From Rebecca billardiae RCC1528 (Eukaryota > Protista > Haptophyta), in assembly GCA_965240325.2 (NCBI GenBank), contig OZ251226.1, forward strand, positions 2,914,001 to 2,978,000: 64,000 nt of DNA, in the 5' to 3' direction. The notes beneath the pieces are model-generated. The model worked only from the letters and a program-made list of their open reading frames with translations, searched no databases and was not told the origin of the DNA. Position numbers and translations under genes: made by a program. This document shows positions 59,444 through 64,000 of the stretch, piece after piece. Numbering within the stretch: position 1 is the first letter of the stretch; every line of letters starts with the position of its first letter.

Positions 59444-60135
59444 GTCCGCGACCACACCGTGATGGTTGTGGGCGCCGCTCCTGGTGGGTCGAGGGCGTAA
59501 TCGGCTAGGGCCTGTAGGTGTGGGCCGAGTGCCGCTGGCCGACTCGGTACCGGCGGCAGCAAGTCCCGACCGTTCCGATCTCGGAGACGGAGTGCAGCCG
59601 CGCCGGTCGGCCCCGGCTTGGCTGGCCGGGGCGCGGATGCGCCGCCTGGCCCGCGTCGGCGGCGCGCTGACTGCCAGGCGTGCCGACCGTCTGTGATCCG
59701 GGGCCCGGCGTGGCCCCGCTGCTGGCGCCAATTCAGAGTCACAGGCTCATCATGCAGGCATAGCAGGTCGAAGACGATGAGGCACTGTCATTCCTACACG
59801 TATCATCAAGCACCGTGTCGGGTGAATACAGCCTACGCACCTCTAATAGTCAGTATGAGTATTAGCGACTAGCGGGCGGACTCCGACGAAGTGGCCCGCC
59901 GCCATCGTGACACCGCCGGCTTGAACGGTTAGTTTTGACGGTTTCGTGCGCTTACTGTGTACCCCTTGCTGGACCAACTGGACGCAAATAGATATCTCCG
60001 GCTTGGGGTGATTCGGGCTAAAGAGGCCCCGGTGAACTTTCCTGGGGCATTCCTTGGCGCGAAACACGCAGGCCGCGGCGCGCACGGCGCACCTCGAGGA
60101 ACGGCCGTCTCCCCGGTTACCGCGTACGGTCCGCC

Positions 60136-63100
60136 ATGGGTCCGCTGACGCGCCGCGCGCCTGGAGCGCGGGCGGAAGCACGCAGCGAGCCAGCGCGAGT
60201 GCGCGGACGCGCGCCATTGGGCGTGAGAGGGAGCTACGGCCTCCTTCTCGCGCACTTGGGCGTGGCGCTCGTCGGGGTGCGCGACGCGCGGTGCGCGACG
60301 TCGTGCGTGCCGTGGGAGACCAACCTCGACATCTTCCACAGCACGGTCGCGCCGGCGGGCAGCGCGAGCAACAACCTGGTCGCGCCGTACCCGGATGGGC
60401 ACATCCTCTTCGAGGACGTGGGCACCTTCCGCGGCCGCCCCTTCGCGATGCGCATCACCGCGCCCGAGGGTGGGTACGAACCTCGGAATCCGCACAAGAA
60501 CGGCAAGGCCCTCAACGACTGGTTCGGCGCGATCAACATGCGCGCCGGCACGTCGAGCGTCTTCGAGTTCGAGTTCGTCGAGACGGACGGCTCGCCCCTC
60601 ACGCTGCCGCGCTTCTCCCTCACCGTCGCCGACATCGACCAGAGCTTGGGCTGGAACCGCGAGGTGGTGTGCGTGGAGAACGTGACGGACGCCGACTACG
60701 CGCTCGAGCAGAACACGCGGCTCGAGGCGGTGCGCGTGCGCGCGGACAGCGCGGAGCAGTACAGGGAGTACTGCCCCGACGGCTCGGTCTACTTCTCGCC
60801 GCGCGAGGGCGACAGCGCCACCGTGGAGGTGGCCAACCCGCAGACGGACACTCTGAGCGCTGAGCAGCGGCAGCACAGCGTGGTGCTCACCTTCAAGCAC
60901 GCGCAGAGGGTGCGCCTCACGTACGCGATCCACTGCCCGAACAGGGGGGTGAACTACTGCTCGCAGGGGCGGAACTATTTCTTCACCGGCTGGGCGCAGA
61001 TCGCGGAGGATTGCCCGCCCAACCCGCCGGCGCCGCCGCCGCTCTCCCCACCGCCGCCGCTGCCGCCCGCGCCGCCACCAGCGCCGCCGCCGCCGCGGCA
61101 ACCTCCGGCGCCGCCACCGCTGCGCCCGCCGCCGCCGCTGCCACCGGCCCCGCCACCGCCAAGGCAGCCGCCACCGCCGCCATCGCCGTCGTCGCCGCCG
61201 CCACCGCCGCCGCCTTTGCCGTCGCCCTCGCCGCCGCCGCCACCAGTGCCGCCGCCCTCGCCGCCGTTGCCCTCGCCCTCCCTGCCACCCCCGCCGCCGC
61301 AGCCTCCGTCGCCGTCGTTGCCGCCGTCGCCACCGCCCCTTCGGCCGCCCTCACCACCGCCGGCGGTGGCTCTTGCACAGCCACCACCCCCACAACCCCC
61401 GCCGCGTCCATTGCCGCCGGCGAGCCCACCCCCGCCGCCGCCGTCGCCCCCACCGCCGCCCCCGCCCAGATTGCTGCCAGCGCCGCTGCCATCGTCGCCA
61501 CCGCCGCCGCCGCCGGTGTCGCTGCCAAACCCCGTGCCGCCGCCCCTGCCCCACCCGATGTCCCCGCCACTGCTCCCGCTGCCGCCGCCGAGGCCACCGC
61601 CGACGTCCTCGCCCTCGCCGCCGCCGCCTCCAGCGCCGCCGCCGTCACCACCGCCGCCGGCCCCGCCACCGCCGCCCTCGCCATCGCCGCCACCCTCTCC
61701 ACCGCCGCCGCCGCCCTCGCCATCCCCACCGCCGCCGCCGCCGCCGCCGCCGTCGCCGCCGCCCCCACCGCCACCGCGATCACCGCCGCCGCCCACGCCC
61801 TCGCTCCCACCGCCGCCCGCACCGCCGCCGCCCCCACCGCCGCCGCCATCGCCGCCGCCACCGCCGCCTCAGCAGGGCGTACCGCAGCCCCCGCCTCCGC
61901 GGCAGCCATCGGCCCCGCCGTTGCCGCCGCCGACGCCAGCAGTGCCGCCGTCGCTGCCACCGCCACCGCCGCCACAGCCGCCATCGCCCTTTCCGCCGCC
62001 GCCGCCGCTGCCGCTGCACCCGCCGCCGCCGTCGCCTTCGCCGCCGCCGCCGCGACCGCCGCCGCCGCTGCCACGATTGCCGCCGCCGCCGCCGCTGCGC
62101 CCGCCGTCTCCGCTGCCGCCGTGGCCCTCCCAGCCTCCTTCCCCGCCGCCATCTCCGCCGCCCAACGGCCCGCCGCCCGCGCCGCCGCCGCTCAGCCCGC
62201 CATTCAGCCCACCATTCCCCCCGCCGCCACACCGGCCGCCGAGCATGCCTCCCGCCGTGCCGCCCGCTGCGCCGCCGCACCTGCCAAGCCCACTGCCGGG
62301 CTCGCCGCCGCCGACGCGCGGGCCTCCGCCGAGCCCTCCACCCGCCCCGCCGCCGAGCCCGGCGACCCCGCCTGGATCGCCTCCGCCCAGCGCACCGCCG
62401 TCGGCGCCCCCCCTGCTGGCCCTGTCGCCGAGCGTGCCACCCTCGCCACCGCCGCTGCCGCCCCCGCAGCCGCCTCCAGCCAGCGCGCCACCCGCGCTGC
62501 CGCCGCCAGCGCTGCCGCCGTCTGCGCCACCGCTGCAGCCGCCTGCCTCGCCACCGAGCGCGCCGCCGTCGTCAGCGCCACCGACGCCAGCGTCGCCACC
62601 CGTGAGGCCACCGCCTGCCGTGCCACCATCCTCGCCGCCCAGCTCGCCGCCACCTCAGTCGCCAACACACACGCCGCCGCCGCACGCGCCGCCTTCAAAG
62701 CCGCCGCCGTCGCCGCCGCCGCCTGCGCCGAGCCCGCCGCCGCCCGGTCAGCCGCCGAGCATGCCGCCCTCGCCGCCGCCGAGCATGCCACCAACCCCGC
62801 CACCGAGTCCTCTGCCGAGCCCGCCGCCAAGCCGACCGCCAGCGGCTCCGCCCTCGAGCCCGCCGCCTGCGCTGCCGCCAGTCGCGCCGCCGCTCGCGCC
62901 GCCGCAGCCGCCGCCATCGCCTCCGCCGAACCCGCCTCCGTCGCCGGCGTCGCACCCTCCGTCGGCGCCGCCAAGCTCGCCGTCGAGCGCACCACCGTCA
63001 CCGCCGCCGATCCCGCCGCCCTCGGCGCCGCCAAGCCCGCCGCCAAGCGCACCACTGTCGCCGCCGCCGAGCCCGCCGCCCTCGCCGCCGCCGCTCTCGC

Positions 63101-64000
63101 CTCCGAGCCCTCCGCCGAGCCCGCCGCCCTCGCCACCGCCGCTCTCGCCTCCGAGCCCTCCGCCGAGCCCGCCGCCCTCGCCACCGCCGCTCTCGCCTCC
63201 GAGCCCTCCGCCGAGCCCGCCGCCCTCGGCGCCGCCGCTCTCGCCTCCGAGCCCTCCGCCGAGCCCGCCGCCCTCGCCACCGCCGCTCGCGCCTCCGCCC
63301 TCCCCCGAGGGCAGCGCGCCGCCTGGCCCCGCGTTTGGCGCGCGTCTGCTGGACGGCTCATCGCTGCTGCTCAACTTCTCCGAGCCGGTGCTCGGCCCGG
63401 GCTGGCGGGCGCCGGCGGTGAGCCACTTTGGCTTCGAGCTCAGCGGTGGGCGCGCCAACCTGAGCGCGGTGTGGCTCAGCTACGTCGTGCCGGCGCCGCC
63501 GCCGCCGCCGCGTGCGGCCGAGGGCCCGCACGGCCCGGTGCGCCGCCGGGCCTCTGACGCCTCCGCCTCCGCCGCGCCCGCGACGCTTGCGGCCGACGCG
63601 CGCGAGGGTGCGAGCCAGCCCGCGCCCGCCCGCGCCGAGGCCGGGCTTGTCGGCTATCTCGGCGCCGCGTTTGAGCTCGTGCTGGACGGCCTGCCGAGCG
63701 GCGAGGAGGTGCTCACGGTGAGCGCGCCGCCGGGCGCTCTGCTCAGCGTCGGGAGCGCTCTCCCCAACGAGGCGCAGGCGCACGAGCTGACGCTGCCCGC
63801 GGCGCGCGCTACACCCGAGGGGCGCGTGGGCGTGCGGCCGCCCGCGGACGGCGACGCGCGGCCGGAGGCGCGGCCGCTCTCCTCCGGCCCGACCGGCGCC
63901 ATGTCGCACGAGCGCGAGCGCGCGCCGCTGCGCGCGGCGCTACGCGTCTCGCACGGCTCGGCGGTCGCGACGGCCGCGGCGCCCGCCTTCCGCTGCCGCG
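60136..64000 (+). CDS. Large secreted/surface protein: globular N-terminal domain, about 770-aa Pro/Ser-rich stalk, then an Ig-like (NFSEPV) segment; runs off the window end
   Basis: Frame-1 translation from ATG 60136 appears open to 64000 (GLLLAHLGVALVG...SNNL...NGK...FGAINM...DIDQ...GRNYFFTG, then (S)PPP tracts at 61015-63320). Missed by the ORF track because there is no stop. Confidence 0.8.
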   Translation, partial: MGPLTRRAPGARAEARSEPARVRGRAPLGVRGSYGLLLAHLGVALVGVRDARCATSCVPWETNLDIFHSTVAPAGSASNNLVAPYPDGHILFEDVGTFRGRPFAMRITAPEGGYEPRNPHKNGKALNDWFGAINMRAGTSSVFEFEFVETDGSPLTLPRFSLTVADIDQSLGWNREVVCVENVTDADYALEQNTRLEAVRVRADSAEQYREYCPDGSVYFSPREGDSATVEVANPQTDTLSAEQRQHSVVLTFKHAQRVRLTYAIHCPNRGVNYCSQGRNYFFTGWAQIAEDCPPNPPAPPPLSPPPPLPPAPPPAPPPPRQPPAPPPLRPPPPLPPAPPPPRQPPPPPSPSSPPPPPPPLPSPSPPPPPVPPPSPPLPSPSLPPPPPQPPSPSLPPSPPPLRPPSPPPAVALAQPPPPQPPPRPLPPASPPPPPPSPPPPPPPRLLPAPLPSSPPPPPPVSLPNPVPPPLPHPMSPPLLPLPPPRPPPTSSPSPPPPPAPPPSPPPPAPPPPPSPSPPPSPPPPPPSPSPPPPPPPPPSPPPPPPPRSPPPPTPSLPPPPAPPPPPPPPPSPPPPPPQQGVPQPPPPRQPSAPPLPPPTPAVPPSLPPPPPPQPPSPFPPPPPLPLHPPPPSPSPPPPRPPPPLPRLPPPPPLRPPSPLPPWPSQPPSPPPSPPPNGPPPAPPPLSPPFSPPFPPPPHRPPSMPPAVPPAAPPHLPSPLPGSPPPTRGPPPSPPPAPPPSPATPPGSPPPSAPPSAPPLLALSPSVPPSPPPLPPPQPPPASAPPALPPPALPPSAPPLQPPASPPSAPPSSAPPTPASPPVRPPPAVPPSSPPSSPPPQSPTHTPPPHAPPSKPPPSPPPPAPSPPPPGQPPSMPPSPPPSMPPTPPPSPLPSPPPSRPPAAPPSSPPPALPPVAPPLAPPQPPPSPPPNPPPSPASHPPSAPPSSPSSAPPSPPPIPPPSAPPSPPPSAPLSPPPSPPPSPPPLSPPSPPPSPPPSPPPLSPPSPPPSPPPSPPPLSPPSPPPSPPPSAPPLSPPSPPPSPPPSPPPLAPPPSPEGSAPPGPAFGARLLDGSSLLLNFSEPVLGPGWRAPAVSHFGFELSGGRANLSAVWLSYVVPAPPPPPRAAEGPHGPVRRRASDASASAAPATLAADAREGASQPAPARAEAGLVGYLGAAFELVLDGLPSGEEVLTVSAPPGALLSVGSALPNEAQAHELTLPAARATPEGRVGVRPPADGDARPEARPLSSGPTGAMSHERERAPLRAALRVSHGSAVATAAAPAFRCR

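Noticed and set aside
61011-63557. 848-aa Ala-rich ORF (antifreeze-like appearance)
   Set aside because: Off-frame reading of the Pro-rich stalk; the coherent frame starts at 60136.

Overview
Gene-dense, very GC-rich eukaryotic nuclear DNA with short spliceosomal introns (donors mostly GTGCG/GTACG, acceptors mostly GC[G/A]CAG). The composition, intron style and gene set (flagellar CFAP70, kringle and proline-rich surface proteins, a possibly plastid-targeted methyltransferase) fit a flagellated alga, most plausibly a haptophyte of the Pavlova/Diacronema type; this is inference. About 25 protein-coding genes can be supported, many in tight head-to-head pairs. They include a Cu type II monooxygenase (missed by the ORF track) with a Bcr/CflA MFS exporter, a Zn2Cys6 transcription factor, CFAP70/mL59, a PLB1-like lipase, a kringle protein/RPL21, a sulfotransferase-like protein, RPAIN-like/TLS1, an LRR-TRP channel, two SAM methyltransferases, an ankyrin protein, a degenerate FH2 protein/La-motif protein and a giant Pro-rich secreted protein. 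A gene-poor microsatellite block spans about 25.7-31.1 kb. Two things stand out. (1) A 12-exon LRR receptor-like gene (35.2-38.9 kb) encodes one LRR per exon; eight of these exons are symmetric phase-2 cassettes amplified as a two-exon unit, with hypervariable 5' halves next to conserved introns. (2) A P/Galileo-like transposon system is visible: one 1.1-kb foldback element with CAAGGG...CCCTTG ends and a 7-bp TSD, plus three or four tiny TSD-flanked excision footprints, all upstream of genes. No rRNA, tRNA or CRISPR was seen. All calls come from reading the sequence by eye; no searches were run.
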